A DNA stretch of 63,752 bases, counting the filler, from Sphacelaria rigidula (lineage: Eukaryota): assembly GCA_964200075.2 (NCBI GenBank). It is 4 parts of 4 records of this genome, joined end to end, with 100 filler letters (N's around TTAATTAATTAA, not from the genome) between each part and the next. Parts side by side here need not be neighbours in the genome. Positions count along the whole stretch, not along the records: positions 1 to 15,866 come from CAXNAA020001562.1; 3 more parts are not named here. One strand, given 5' to 3'. The notes under the pieces were generated by a model. It saw only the letters and a program-made list of their open reading frames with translations. It had not been told where the DNA came from and searched no databases. Both the position numbers and the translations under genes were made by a program. Position 1 is the stretch's first letter; the number at the start of each line of letters is the position of its first letter. Positions 1-13,503 of the stretch are shown here, piece by piece.

Positions 1-1567
1 TTGGGGAAAAAAATGAGGTGTGTGGATGGAACAATCCCCCCCCCCCCCCCCCTAATCAGGGTGACCCCCCCCCCCCCCCTCCACACACACACACAGCCAA
101 CTGAGCACGGCGAGCATAAGTTGACACACTCAAGCAAAGCGCATGGAACCACAGCGGTGAAGTTGTGTCCCTGACAGACCTCTGCTTCCCAAGCAGGAAC
201 TTATGGCATTGAGAGTTGGGGAAGGGCGAGCGACCTCGGTCGGATTTTGCGTTATGAACATTTCGGCAAAAAACACCGACCTAATGGGTCAAATTTGTAC
301 GCGTTCCTAATTCCGAAATAGATTACAGATCAAATCGTCATCCAAGCGGCGGTATGAGAGGTGCTGAGACCAGGTGCTCATCTTCAGCGAATCGTCGTGC
401 AACGAGCGAGCTGAAGTACACCGGAAACCCCGAGGGCGGAGGGCGCATGTCTCAGACCGACAATCTGAGTGACCTGTGCGGTGTTATGTGTAGTTGGCGT
501 GAAGAACTCACGCTATCCGCGGCCAGACCCTAAATGTAGAGCAGTAGCTGTCGGGGCTCAAGGACTACGAGTATCTCTTGATTGCAGCTTCAACGCAGTG
601 GCGCAACAGAAAGCGCTGGTCTAATTACGGAGTAACCTGTAGTACACTTTACCTCAAGGTGCGGGGAAGATGATGTGCCCAGCCTGAATGTTGGGTCTCA
701 TCTGTGTGACCCGAGAGACCAATTCAAGTTTGACGAAGTAAGATGAGCTTCGTCACGACTTCGTCGGGTTTTCCTGTGACACTTGCTACTGTATATACTG
801 TACAGTTCTGTTTTATTTGTACCGTACAGTACTGATACTCTGCGATGCTGTTATTCTTTGCGGTACTCGTACAGCACCGCGCACTATACTATAATGCACT
901 GTAATGTATTGTACACGTATCTCGACTTATGGACTGACTTCATCCAAGGTGCGGAGGATGGAAGAAGCTAGACTAGAGTAATGCCGCGATACTCTCCCCT
1001 GAAACCAGCCCCAAAACTATGACGAAGAATATAGTGATACAGTGCATGATGGGTGGTTTCAAACTGCATGAAGCGCCTCATACGGGCGACATTGGCAAAA
1101 ACGATTCCAAGCGCGAGAGTTCCCAGCTGCTCGGTGTGCTCGGCTTTTGTAATTTTGATTTACATGTAGATTTCTCCTCCCCAAACCAGTCATTTTCCTG
1201 GGGAGAGCTATCGCGGCATCCGCCACTAGTACGTCATCAAAACGGGCACTGTACGCTGCGCAGCTTCCCTGCTCTACTATACTGTGATCACCGGTCGACT
1301 TCAAACTTGTGGGTGCAGCTGGCTCCTGGCCGAAAGTAATATTCACACCTTTGGAAAGCGGTGCACAGTGATTCGGCGCGTCGCTGTTCGCGATGCCGCT
1401 CCCCTTCTCATGGAGTGCATGCTGACGTTTTTCTGTCCTCAAGCAAGCCAGAGTAGAGCACAGGATAAGAAATCTGATAGTTCTAGTTGTGGCCGTTGGT
1501 CCAACATCTCCGTGCTGGTACACGAAATATGCGACATTCAATACTATCACCTACACACCGAGCCCTG

Positions 1568-1572
<5 letters not shown>

Positions 1573-1631
<59 letters not shown>
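1573..1631. repeat. (AC)n microsatellite
   Basis: About 29 perfect AC units. Confidence 0.95.
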
Positions 1632-1635
<4 letters not shown>

Positions 1636-2832
1636 TGCTCACGCACATGAGCTCCACCGCTAGCCCTTACTCATCGACACACAGCTGTCTTTGTTTGGCG
1701 TGAATCCGCACAGTATTGGAGGAAGAAGGGTGCCCCCCCCCGTGCGTGTCAATGTCAACCGAAAAATGTGCCATTTCTGACTCTCATGTGTGGGTGTTTC
1801 GGCGTGCGTCTGACCGTAAATGCTGTTCCTGGTTAAACTCTGAAGAACAGAGCAAAGCACGACGTGCTCAGCTGATCAGCAGCTACGGCTTGAGGTATAC
1901 AGTATGTCTGTCGTTCGCGAGAGTAGTAGGGTTGTCAGTTTTACGTGTTGTGTTCGGTTGTGTGTCACACCTTCGCATGTGCGCTGAACTTCTGTTCTCG
2001 TTCGAGCAAATAGACTGCTGGTTCGCGCACACGAAATATGAAAAAATAGTCTGGTATTTTCCAAATCTATTTGGGCAAAAAAGAAAAATCCGGTCTCCTT
2101 AGGGATGTTATTGCACCGACCAATCAAAGTTGAACGGATTTTGAGCAAACAGATGGTTGTGTCTCGAGGAGACACGCCCAGTCCTGCGCCAAATGTTACA
2201 TGTTCTGGTATATATATACCGGCATGCCCGCCCTACATTTGTGACTGCCCGCACTTGGCCCGCATACAAAAACCATTGCATTTTTGAACGGAAACTTTGC
2301 TTGTTAGTTTCTTGACCGTGGGTTAATTCACCCCCATGAACTTGGTGCCCTAGTTGGACACAACACAGGCAGTATCTGCACCGGAGAACTACTCCTTTCA
2401 GCCACCGAGCAAATTAAGCCAGGTGATACCGATATACCGTCAATACGCCCTCAAAACGGCTATCTCGCAGCCCAGATTCTGTGCACTGTGAGTGAATGCA
2501 TATGTGGACATGGCGGTGCACTCACTTCCACATCATGTTCACCTGGGAGGGTACAGTGCTGGCAAACAAACATAGATCACTACTGGCACAGCCTCTGGAT
2601 AATGACAATATATTGAAAATTCATTCTGGTATCGCCTGTAGAGATGCTCAGCGCGGGAGGCACGGTCGTCCGCGCGCTGTCGTTGCTGCAAGGCGCTGAA
2701 ACTTCGGTCACATATAATGAAAACCACAATCAACAAGCCCTTACATCTGGATCTGAGGTGGGCGTTGCAACAGTGCGCGAGGGGATGAAAAGAGCCAAGA
2801 TTCTGTCCCAAAACAATTGTATTCTTCACGGA

Positions 2833-4932
2833 TATACACGTTACACGTTCACGTTCACGCTACGTTCATGACGTTAAAAAAAAATAACGTTCACGTTACG
2901 TTACATATGTCACGTAAAAAACATCAACGTTACGTTAAGGTTTCATTTCGAATTTAACGTTACGTCCATCACGTAAAAAAAATAACGTTACGTTTCGTTA
3001 CATGTGACGTAATATGAAACGTTTCATGTAACGTGTAACGTCCAGTATAACGTTACGTTGACACGTGTAACGTTTGAATGTAACGTTCATTAGAGAGTTT
3101 CGGGAACAAAAAACCAGCCAGAAAAACTCAGGGTTAGGGTTTAGAAGTTGAGATTTAAGGCCAGGATATGACGATTTCCCGTAGTTAAACCCCTAAACCT
3201 GAACCCTGATAAGGACGTGCCCAGGAAGTCATGATCAATTTTCAAATTTTCAAATAAACCCTGGGTTGCTGAATACCCCAGAGCGTTGGTGCCCAACTCA
3301 GGGTCAGGAAACGGAACTAGACACCCTGACCCATGATGACGAAGGTTACCGAACACAGCCGTAGGACAAATATCGTGAACGGGGCGATGGCGGATGCCGT
3401 GAACACCCGTGACAGCGCTGGTGATCGCAGCTCGTTCACGAGGGTGACTCAAGACTTCGAGGAAGACGTGGAGGCGTACGGGGGAGCCGAGACATCAGTC
3501 GACTTGGCTTATGATGACGCGAAAGAGCGGGAGTCGGCTGCTCAAGAAGCCGCTACGAGGACTTGACAAAATGGCCGCCCAACGTGAAGCTTGTGTTAGC
3601 TCGCGCAGGTACACCACCGTTGGGTGGCCATTTTGTCGGAGTCCTCTTACCGGCTGCATGAGTGACCCACTTCCGCCCTTCCGTGTCACCTTGGTCGACA
3701 GGTGTCTCTGTTCCCCCGTTCGCCTCCACGCAGCTAGAATTACTGCGCAGTGAACCTTTATCGAGAATGAATGTACTTCCTCAAAATATGCAGACGCACA
3801 CACACAGGCATGTGCACACTTGTATTACAGACAGTGCAGTACAGAATACTACTAGAGACACCGTATACAAAACTGTCTACAGACAGTGCAACAGTGCAAC
3901 TCTCAACTGTAACAACTTGTACAAGTGCTGTACCACACACCGACATGTGCAGGACTTATGAACCACTAGCGGGCGCCGAGGTGCACTGCCTGTGTGCCCA
4001 ACGCTGTGGACTGTGCCGGGTTCGTACCAGTAGGCTGTGTTGACGATACTGCTGTCGCGTACTCAACGGTATGGGGACAGCACAAACAACTATAGTCATG
4101 CTACGATAGTACGGGGGGTATTTGGGCCGTTGCTTCCACGAAATTCAACTTCGAATCATCATTGTAAGAAGCAACGATCGTCCGAACGCGCGTGTTACCG
4201 ACAAATAATGCTCATTCATATTTTCCTGGAATCAAACACCCAAGCTATCGTAGCACGGCTCTGTACATACTCTTCTGCGATGCAGGCGTAAAACAGCACG
4301 GCGCGACTTTAACCTCTTCAACTCACAACACCGACCACGTGGCATTCGGAACAGAAAATACTTGACCCTGAAAAGTTGGCTACGGTCCACACCTACGTGG
4401 GGAAACAAAATAAAAACAAACCTGGGGTTCAAGCATAAACAATCCAGTCGTTTCTCGCTTATCCCCGAATTGTGGGGGTTTTTCCCCGAAACTCTCTCAA
4501 CCAGTGTTCGAGGCGTTGTAACGTGTCGTGTAACGCGTGGCGTTACCCTGTACGTAACGCCGAAGGACAATCTTTCAGGATTATAAAATTTATCGCAAAC
4601 TTGAAGTGTCACCGCTTTATGTGACGTATTTATGACGTTTCATGTAACGTGTAGCGTAATATGAATCGTTTCGTGTAACGTGTAACGTCTAATGCACGAG
4701 TAATGTGTAATAGACGTTACACGTTACAGGAAATGTTTCATATCACGTGTTTTGAACGTTCGGTCAATTTAACGTTCACGTTACGTAACGTATGTCACGT
4801 TAGAAAAATAAACGTGACGTTAACGTTTCATTCGAAAATTTAACGTTCCGTTCACGTTACGTTTTGGCCAAAACGTAACGTGAACGAAACGTGAACGTAA
4901 CGTGTAACGCTGTGGCACGTGTAACGTGTATG
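2833..4932. mobile_element. Non-autonomous TIR element with long ACGTTA-rich subterminal arrays
   Basis: Terminal inverted repeat ATACACGTTACACGT at 2834-2848 and 4917-4931. Dense (T/A)ACGTT(A/C) arrays at ~2835-3090 and ~4620-4930. No transposase recognised. Confidence 0.75.
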
Positions 4933-7014
4933 TTCCTGTTTTCTTCTTACATTTTGGCGCAGGATTTCGCCCTGAGGGCATGTCCTCCAAAAAACCCATC
5001 GAAAATCGAAATCGAAAGTAGTGCTATGATTGGGTTTGTGCCCTCAACGTAACAAGACGGTTTCAATTTTCTGAGACCCCGTCAAAAACCACACAGATAA
5101 CCAAAATCGAAACATTCAACGCTTTTTAATCGAGACAGGCCGCGCGAAAAGCTCGCATGGTGGTCTGCGCGTACCAGAAGGTCCTGAGATGCAATCAAGA
5201 TGCAAACGTGTGCCTGTAATTCATTTCATGGCATGCAAGATCGCGTACAAACACCTGCAACAGAAAGCGAAGGTACTCAAAGATAGCCTGGCTCCGCTAA
5301 AATACAGGGTGCTCTCAACGAGTGCTTTTGGTCACGTATCAAGCATCAACAGGGTACATCAAGACTCAGATACTTTCACGGCTCACAAACCGTCAGTTTT
5401 GGCACCGCTTGTGTTGTGCGGCTTGCCAAAAACAGTTATTGCGATCATCTCAGTTCTTGACGGATCGGAGCCAACACAAGCAGACCACGCGTTGAGCAAG
5501 AGATACTGTATCAAGCACGGTTGGCTTGACTGCGATGCAACTCTCTTGGTCAACGTTTGAACTCCTTGTATAGGCTGTGGTTTGTCAGCTGCCACATCAG
5601 TGATGGTCGCTATGGCTCCGAATCTAATACATCTCCCGAGCATTCTCGCTGGAGGCGCTAAACCCCGATCTGGAAATCGAAATCGAGCTCAATTTTGATT
5701 TCGATTTCCACTCCGATTTCGATTTTTTTTTCAGGCACGCCCAAAGGCCGAGTCTCATATATATTTTCGCCTCGAAAGCGTGCGGTGGAATCGAATGAGT
5801 CGATATTAGCTCCTAGCTCATACGTCCACGGCATTTATGTTCTCAAGCGGCTTCAAGTCCACTTTATCATTATTTGCGCGACGAGCAGGGTGACAAACAG
5901 AAGAGCTTAGCCTCTTCAGGTAAAAACAAGCGACGGAAACGTACGAAGGGGCACATGACTCCGATGTTGCAGACAACCATACCAGATACCACCCTTTCAC
6001 AGAACTACGTAAAACCCACATGGTTCATTCGCAGCTCCCAACTCAACCCTGCAGCATAGATCACGAGCTGAGCATAGGGATACATACACTACAGTGATAG
6101 GAAACCGACACCACCACCCTCTTGGCATGATGTGTTTCTTTTTGTTGGCGAAAGCCTGGGCATCTAATTTTGTGGTGGGGTCCACCGACGGAGTTGCGTG
6201 TTGGGATGGGCAACCGAATTGCTAACATGCTCATGGACAGTAGAGGCAGTGGAATACTGCACGCGGCTCGAATTGTTTCCACATCCTCTTGTATGGAGAG
6301 AGTACGGACAGCTCTGCTACTGTCTGCTGTCTGTATGTCACGTTGCCAGCTAGCGTTGCTCCAGAAGAAACGAAAAAACGTTTTGTCGGAGCATAATCTG
6401 ACTGCTTTCCCCTCTAGTGCGCACTGGTGCAGCGCACACCACCAGATTTAGCGACGTGGAACTGTTGGCTGTGGTTTGCGTAACATATTGCCGAAGTTTC
6501 AGCGCCTTGAAGCGGCTCCAGAGCGCGTAGGGTCGTGCGTCATGAGCTACGCACCTCTACAGACTGTACGCCGATCTGTACACTACCGATGGTCATGATC
6601 CAGTAAGGATCGCAGTGCAAACCGGTGTCAATTTGCCACCACATCGGCCGCCCAGCTGCTCAAGATGTCGAAGTTAGTGCACCTGCGCGTGCGTATATGC
6701 ATTCACCTGTAGTGCACGAAGTCTGGGCTGAGGGATAGCCGCTTTGAGGGCGCATCGACGGCATTCCCCGAAATCGCTTGTGGCCTTACTTCAACTTGTG
6801 CGGGGCCTAATCGTGCGGGCGCTTGGCGCATATGTTGCCTGTGTTCTGTCCGACTCGTTGGCAAAGTTTCAGAATAAAACACGTATTCGCAGGCGAGAAA
6901 TCCACAAGCAAAGTCGTTCTGAAAATTGGGAGCTTACCGTAGGAAAGTATCCAAATAAACATGAAATGCGGTTTCGCCGCATATCAGATATCGGTACAGG
7001 TGTATTACAGTACT

Positions 7015-10000
7015 TGTTGCTGTTGCTGTTGTTATTGTTGTTGTTGTTGTTGTTGTTGTTGTTATCTTTACATTAAAAAAACGTTTTGAGATCTGCGCAG
7101 TACTGTACTCTCTACTGGGGATCTAATGCGGACGCGTTTCGTGGTCACAGACTAATTACCTCAATATAGGTTAGAAGAAAATCAAGAATAAAATTGGACC
7201 CAGAAAAATTCACACAGACGCGATACAACATAAAATAAAAAGAAGAAAAATAGGAAGGAAAAACAAAAATGCTACTGCACCCCAACTTCCGATGCCGAAT
7301 GCGACCATTGGGGCTGGCTACTCGACGCAGGACTTATTGGTCCACTCAACACTCGTGGCCAAACAGGAAGGGAGCCAAACTCAAGAACCCCGATCACCAG
7401 CCAAGGCGATAAGAATCACAGGGTTCTAACCTTGTACCTCTAGAGGGACAGCTATGTGTACGAATATACTAGGCATAACAGGAAAAGCACCACATAACAA
7501 CACACACCACCTCGGGGGAGGGGGTGCACGGAAGTCAGCAATTAGTAAGGGGAGATGATGGAGGGTCCCGCCACTTCCGCCATGTTCAGTTCGGTACACG
7601 CTGGCTACGCATTCTTCCATCTCCTCCCTGCTATCCTCAAAGCTCCTGTTTAATCGCACGTGGTCGGCTGGCCTCTTCCTCAATCTTGTGCCACGAGGTC
7701 ATGAACCTCTCCGCTCTCTGCAGCACCCCCGCGTGCCATGATATCCCCCTTCCTTCTTTGCTGCTGAAGAACAAAGGGCACTTTCAGCTCCGAACGTCTG
7801 TTGGTTGTTGTCCGTAGAGCCAGTCGTGGTCCCGAAAGCTTAAAAGTTGGCGCACGGGCACTTCAGCCAGTTTTGCTTAGGGCACCCTGGTCCTGAATCC
7901 TCCCCCCCCACTAGTGTTCCGAATGCCAGTCGCTTCGGCAGTCGTCCGTGTGGTTGTCTAGCTAGGGCTCCCGCAAACAGCAGTCGCCGTTGCCGGACGA
8001 TGGCTTCAGCACTTTGGCATCAGATCTTCTTAAGGGCATGGGCGTACAATTACTGTCGGTATGTGCCTCGCACTCGGCGATACCCGATAACTCGCAGGAG
8101 GCGCCGGTAGTGTACCTTCCCCAGCAACCAGTAGTGCTCGCGGCGCGGGGCTCACGTCATGCATCCGTACAGTGGGGTCTCCATCGCCTCTGCCTCTAGC
8201 GATCGGACCTTGGGTCTCCACGGTGCTTTCGGTCGGTCAAAGAGCTCTCGCGAAAACTTTATGATGCACGCCCACGCGGCTCTGCTCCGTTTGTTCACCT
8301 CTTGTGTGAGGCCGCCATCTTCGGTGACGAGCCCACCCGAGTATCGGAACTTCGTGGTTTGGGCGTACTTTTGGCTCGCTGCTTCGATGACCAGCGGTGG
8401 TGGAGGTGGTGTTGGTGACTCCCCCTTTTGTGGCGATGTTTCCGGTGCTCGCATCAGTAGAGTTTCTGTCTTCTTCTCCGACACCGTCAGTCCGAAGGCT
8501 CCAAACACGCGCAATAAAACGGTCATAATCCTCGCCAGGCCGTCAGGGGACCTTGAGACGACGTCCGCGTTATCGGCATATAGCATTCCCCACACTGCTC
8601 TCCGTACGCGTTCCAGATGTGTTTCGGTCTCTCTCACCATTCCCTCCTCGAGATATGCCATGTCCTTGAGGATTATGTCGTCCTCGCCGATTCGCACGAG
8701 AACTATCTCGAGCGCCGCAACGAAGAAGATGTTGAACAGCAGCAGAGGCAACGCACACCCTTGTCGTAGTCCATAAATGACATCGAACCACCACGAGAGC
8801 TCCCCGTTGTCCATGCGCACGCGGGCCTGCATGCCATGGTGGAATTGGTGGATAACTGCTATCATCTCATCCGGAATACCAGCCCGGGCAAGCACCTGCC
8901 ATAGGAGCTCTCGGTCGACCGAATCATAGAACTTTTGGAGGTGTACGAAGCACATGTACAGTGGTATTCTCCGTCGCCGTCCCAGTTCCTGCAGTCGGCG
9001 CACTTCGAACAACGTGTCAACGGTGGATCGATCAGGTCGGAAGCCGCGCTGTTCCTCCGGCAGTATCCCATGTGCTTCGCAATAGTCGCTGAGGCGGTTG
9101 GCCACTATTATTTGATTGATTGATTGATTGATTGATTGTCGTACTTCAAGTGACCCCCCAGGGGTCCAGTCGTGGTCTCATGATAGCCGTACCCAGGAAA
9201 AACAGAACTGGAACACTTGTAATATCTTCAAAAGCACTTTCCCTGCGCGCGACACCAGTGATATTCCCCGGTAGTTGTTACAGTTGGAGCGGTCCGATTT
9301 CGTGTACAGCACTTTTATCGTATCGTCTTTCCAATCCTGCGGGATCCCACCTCCGTTCCACACCTAGACGAGGATGGCATGGAAGCGGTCGATAACGATG
9401 GGCTCGGCTCGGCCGTCGATCTTGAGTAGTTCTGCAGGGAGGAAGTCGTGTTCCGGCGCTTCCCAGTTTTTTATCCCCCCGACTGCTTGCATGGTCTCCT
9501 CCAGCGTTGTTGCTGACCCAAGCGGTGCCGAATCTCCGGTGGGTAATGCTGTCGGTCGCTGCTTCACTTCCTCGATGATGGTTGGGTTCAGCGGGGGCGA
9601 TTTGGTGTTGAGCAGGGTTTGTAAAAACCTCGCCCATCGCTTCAGGATCTCGATGCTGTTCCTCAGTAGAACCCCGTTCTCATCTTTGATAAACTGCTGC
9701 CCCCACGATTGCCTCCCTTCAAGACCCACCGACCTCTTGAGGTGTTTGCACAGGCCTTGCATGTCGCGATCCTTGTAGATCGCTTCTAGGCTCGCCACAT
9801 ACCTCTCTAGGTGTGTATGGACGCCGTCATTTACACACGGCTCTGAGTGCTTTCCACGTTGCTGGGGTCTGGTTGTCCTTCATCAGGCGTCGTGTCTCCC
9901 GTCGGTGGACAAGCGCTGCCTCTACGTTTTCTCTCGTATCGGTACTTTCATACCATTCTAGAATACGTGGTATCTGTGTCTCTGCCGAGAGTGCTGTCTG

Positions 10001-11760
10001 TGCTGCTTCGAGGATAGCTTTGGTGAACTCCTTCGCGGCCGCCGGTTTGGTGGTGGGTGGCTGGTATGCTCGCTCCCCGAGGTTGTGTAGGAACCTCTCG
10101 ATCACATCCTGCCGTACTACTTCGATCTGCAGTTGCTGTCTACTGAAATGCCGCTGCTTCGATTTGGTTCGTATGGTACGGTTGTGGGCGAGGCGGCCAC
10201 CGAGGTCAACAGTGGCCACCACCATGTTGTGATCCGAGTCAGCTTTGGCCGGAGGTGCGGGTTGGGGGTGTACGACTACGTTGCGCACTCTACCTCGGTG
10301 TGCCTGCCGGGTAAGTATGCGGGTAAGTATGTAGTCTATGCGCTTGAAGTCACCAGCGCGGTTCCCTGAGACGCCGTTGTACTTGTGCGAGATTCTTCTT
10401 CGTTCGTGATGGCTAGTCTGTTGCCGGCTGCGAAAATAACTGTAGGTGGTCGTTATCATTAAGCTTACCACGTCCGTAGGCGCCTAGGACCCCTTCGTCC
10501 TATAGGCTCTCTACCACTATTTTCCCCGTTCGCGCGTTGACGTCCATCAACACATATACACACTCCTTCGACGGGATCCGCTGTACTAGATCGTCAAGAT
10601 TACCCCAGAACGCTTGTTTGGTTTCGTCCTTGGCGTCTTCGGTTGTTGCATACGCAGCTATGAAATTGATCGCCTCGCGTTACCCCGAGATTTTAGACCG
10701 CAGCCATGAGGCGCTCGTCAATGTACTCAGTGGTGTAGGCGGCGTTGTTGCAAATCGACTCTTTGATGGCAAGTCCCACACCGAGTTGGCCACCTGATTC
10801 GCTCCCACAGCAGAAGACTCTGAACCCTCCTGGTGTACCGTCTGTTTGTCCTGCATTCCGTGTCTCCTGCAGTCCTAACACCGAGATGTTTAGTCTCGCA
10901 GTCTCATACAAGACGCTGTAGCCTCGCCCCTATCCGTTTGCTCCATTCACAGCGAGAGTTCGGACGTTGTATATGGCTGCCCAAACAAGCTGACTCCGCC
11001 GCCTCGCCTGGGCTATTTGTACTGCTTCCCTAGCAAACCTACGCCCAGCCCGGCCCCTCCTCCTCTCTTTTCTTCTCTTTTTTGTAGTTTTTTTCATGAT
11101 CGCGCTGTAGACTTTCCGGCTGTGTTCGTTAGCCCGGTGTTTGTCTTCTCTCACAGGCAAGTGCAACTTTCCTGCTCTGTCCGACTCTACTCCTTCCTCG
11201 CTTTTGGTGTGCGTACCCGCGCAGTATACAGCCCCTCCACTCCTGTCTAGGCTATCCCCACTGCCGTCTCCGCTGCTGGATAGCCCCGGGGTTCAGGCCG
11301 AGGCTAGAGGATTTAATCTCATGCTGCTGTCAAAGTTGTTCCGAAACAAAGCACACGCCAATCTCGTGATCGCGGTGCCCCTTTACTTTCAACCCAAGCT
11401 CCCCGTGGATACGAGGCTCGGGCTCGTGTCTTCGCCGTTGTTGTTGAATGGTTTTTTCGTGGTGTAAGATCCCTGGTGGCGGACTCCTGCCCACTGCAGT
11501 ATGGGTAGTCGGGAGGGGGGGGACGGTATCTCCCGACAGTTTGATTCGAAACGAACTACGTTGATTCTCGTGATTCCCGTACCCCCTATCGGCCAAACTC
11601 AGGATACACGTCGACACGAGGCTCGGCCTCGTGTTTCTCACCTCTCTTCCTGTCATTCTGTCGTCGGTTTGGGGTTTTTTCGTGGGTCAAGACAGGTCGC
11701 AGTCCTCGGCCCACCCCAGCAGGGGCGGGCCAAAGGGGTTATCAGTAAGCTGGTTAATTT
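7015..11760 (-). mobile_element. RTE-clade non-LTR retrotransposon, near full length (~4.7 kb), inactivated
   Basis: APE endonuclease motifs in broken frames: YNVRTL, LGLQETR, GVGLAI, RIDYIL, SDHNMV (~9830-10990). RT motifs: NYRGISL, EEQRGFRPDRST, GLRQGC, LYADN (catalytic YADD mutated) (~8150-9360). Many stops and frameshifts. A 3' UTR ends in a (CAA)n tail at 7015-7063. The 5' boundary is approximate. Confidence 0.92.
9108..9221 (-). mobile_element. Short retroposon 3' fragment with (CAAT)n tail inserted into the RTE RT region
   Basis: Interrupts GKVLLKI|VANRL. Ends ...CTGGACCCCTGGGGGGTCACTTGAAGTACGA(CAAT)n. A homologous 3' end is on the + strand at ~30160-30226. Confidence 0.75.
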
Positions 11761-12819
11761 TTCGAGCGTTTTTTCAACATCTGTCAAATGCAATACAGGC
11801 AGTACAGACAGGACATTGCATCAACCTACTATAATGCTCTTTATAATGGTCGAGACGGGGTTTTCAAATTTCAAAGCCACCAGCTGCGCCGCCAGGCATG
11901 CATGAAAACGATAATGCCGTTCTCATTTATGCTGAAAGCATTTGAGATGCATCTTTTTCAGGCGGATTGCACACTTCATTTACTACCCTAGGCGTGGTGA
12001 CGGGCTGAAACGGGAACCGTGGTCGCCACCTATCGGCGTACCATGGGGCCCGCAAGGCACCCATATCGAGCAACACCATGCACACCACCGAACGCGGGAC
12101 ACAATCACGTTTTCAGCCGGCAACTTGTGCCGACGATCCAGCCTTAGACGTAGCTTTTCAGACATGCCGCGATGCCGCGTGTTGGGCCGTAGGTCCTCCC
12201 TTTGGGGCATCTCGCTCGTGTGGACTATACCTACTTTGCGCATGATCCCAGCTGATACTTTATACAGTGACTCTTGTACGCGAAAATCGGACTACGATTT
12301 TCTTTTCTTCTTTTGGCGCAACACTGCCGCTTCTTTTCCACATCGCGCCTGCATGCTGTACGAAACACACGCTATGCTGACAGGTAGTACTACAGCATCT
12401 CTACTGCCTGTACTGTTGTCTGTATTGACTACAAGTAAAGTACCGCTTCAAGAAGTTCGCTTCACTTTTTCAATCCAAAGCGTACAAATTCGGTTGGACC
12501 CACACACAGCAAAATGAACGAAATCGATTCCACCGCACGAACTCGTTCGAGTCGAAAAAAATGATGATACACGGCCCAAGACCGAGCGGGGTCTCCTGAC
12601 GAAACCGCTCCCGCCGGTTCTTGCAGGTCGGTCGTTGCTCGGCACACTGGCCAGTAGAGGAAAGAAACCCGTTCTACGGGCAGCGTACCCTATGCTGTAC
12701 TGACGACCTTCGTCTCAGGCTAGATACGATGCTAACGACAGGTACCCACCCTAGGGCTGCGTCGCAGCCGAATCAATCTAGTTTCGATGGATTCCTGCAT
12801 ACATGTATGTAGACTGTAC

Positions 12820-13052
12820 CTGCTTCCTGTAGCCCGCGTATACTCCGAGACTCATCAGGCCCAGCACGGGCGGAGCGACCTGCCAGAGTGTAAAGTCTAT
12901 CTGAACCAAGGGGTTGAATGTAGCATCACCAGAGATACTATCGTCTCCTTCTCCACCATTTAGAGGAATGGGTTCCCCCCTCCTGCTACTCATTAGGGTT
13001 TCATCTCTCGATGGTGGATGGTTGCCTCCACTGGCGGCCCCTTGATTCATCG
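12820..13052 (-). CDS. Possible first exon of an unidentified membrane protein
   Basis: MNQGAASGGNHPP...FTLWQVAPPVLGLMSLGVYAGYRKQ followed by a CAG|GTACAG donor. One hydrophobic segment followed by basic residues. No convincing downstream exon found. Confidence 0.35.
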
Positions 13053-13503
13053 TTTGAAACAACGACCCTGCTAACTGACAGTGGGTTCCCTCCTGTACCC
13101 CCTGATGACGTGGTATAACACCCTCTAAAGCATGGCCTATTCAACGTTGGTTTTCTCGGGGACAAAGACCCTGTAGACTCCATACGGGTCGCATGATCAC
13201 GGATTTTCGCTAGTTTATCTGCGATAGCACAATATTTGATGGCATGGCTGCCCGGTATTTTCGAGGAATGGTTGTTGAAAATCTACTCTGCGAAGTAGTT
13301 CCAATAAGGTTCGGTTCTGAACATGAACCAGTATACCAAGAAACATGTTTGGAAACGCCGTACATTGTATTTGGATCCAAAACAGTGCGCTATATCCACA
13401 TCACCTCACAGCCTACAACAAAGCCGTGGCCTAAAAACATTGCCCTTGTCGCTGTGGCACGTAGTACATACCTATCTATACAAAAAGTTTCCCTACTCCA
13501 TGC

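Noticed and set aside
166..781. Possible solo LTR (TGTC...GACA ends)
   Set aside because: The flanks (GTTG vs CTTG) do not give a clean TSD, and there is no second copy, PBS or PPT in the window.
3130..3210. Telomere (TTAGGG-like) sequence
   Set aside because: Only one or two degenerate units, inside a TIR element; not a telomeric array.
8159..8776. 205-aa plus-strand ORF
   Set aside because: Antisense shadow of the RTE reverse-transcriptase frame.
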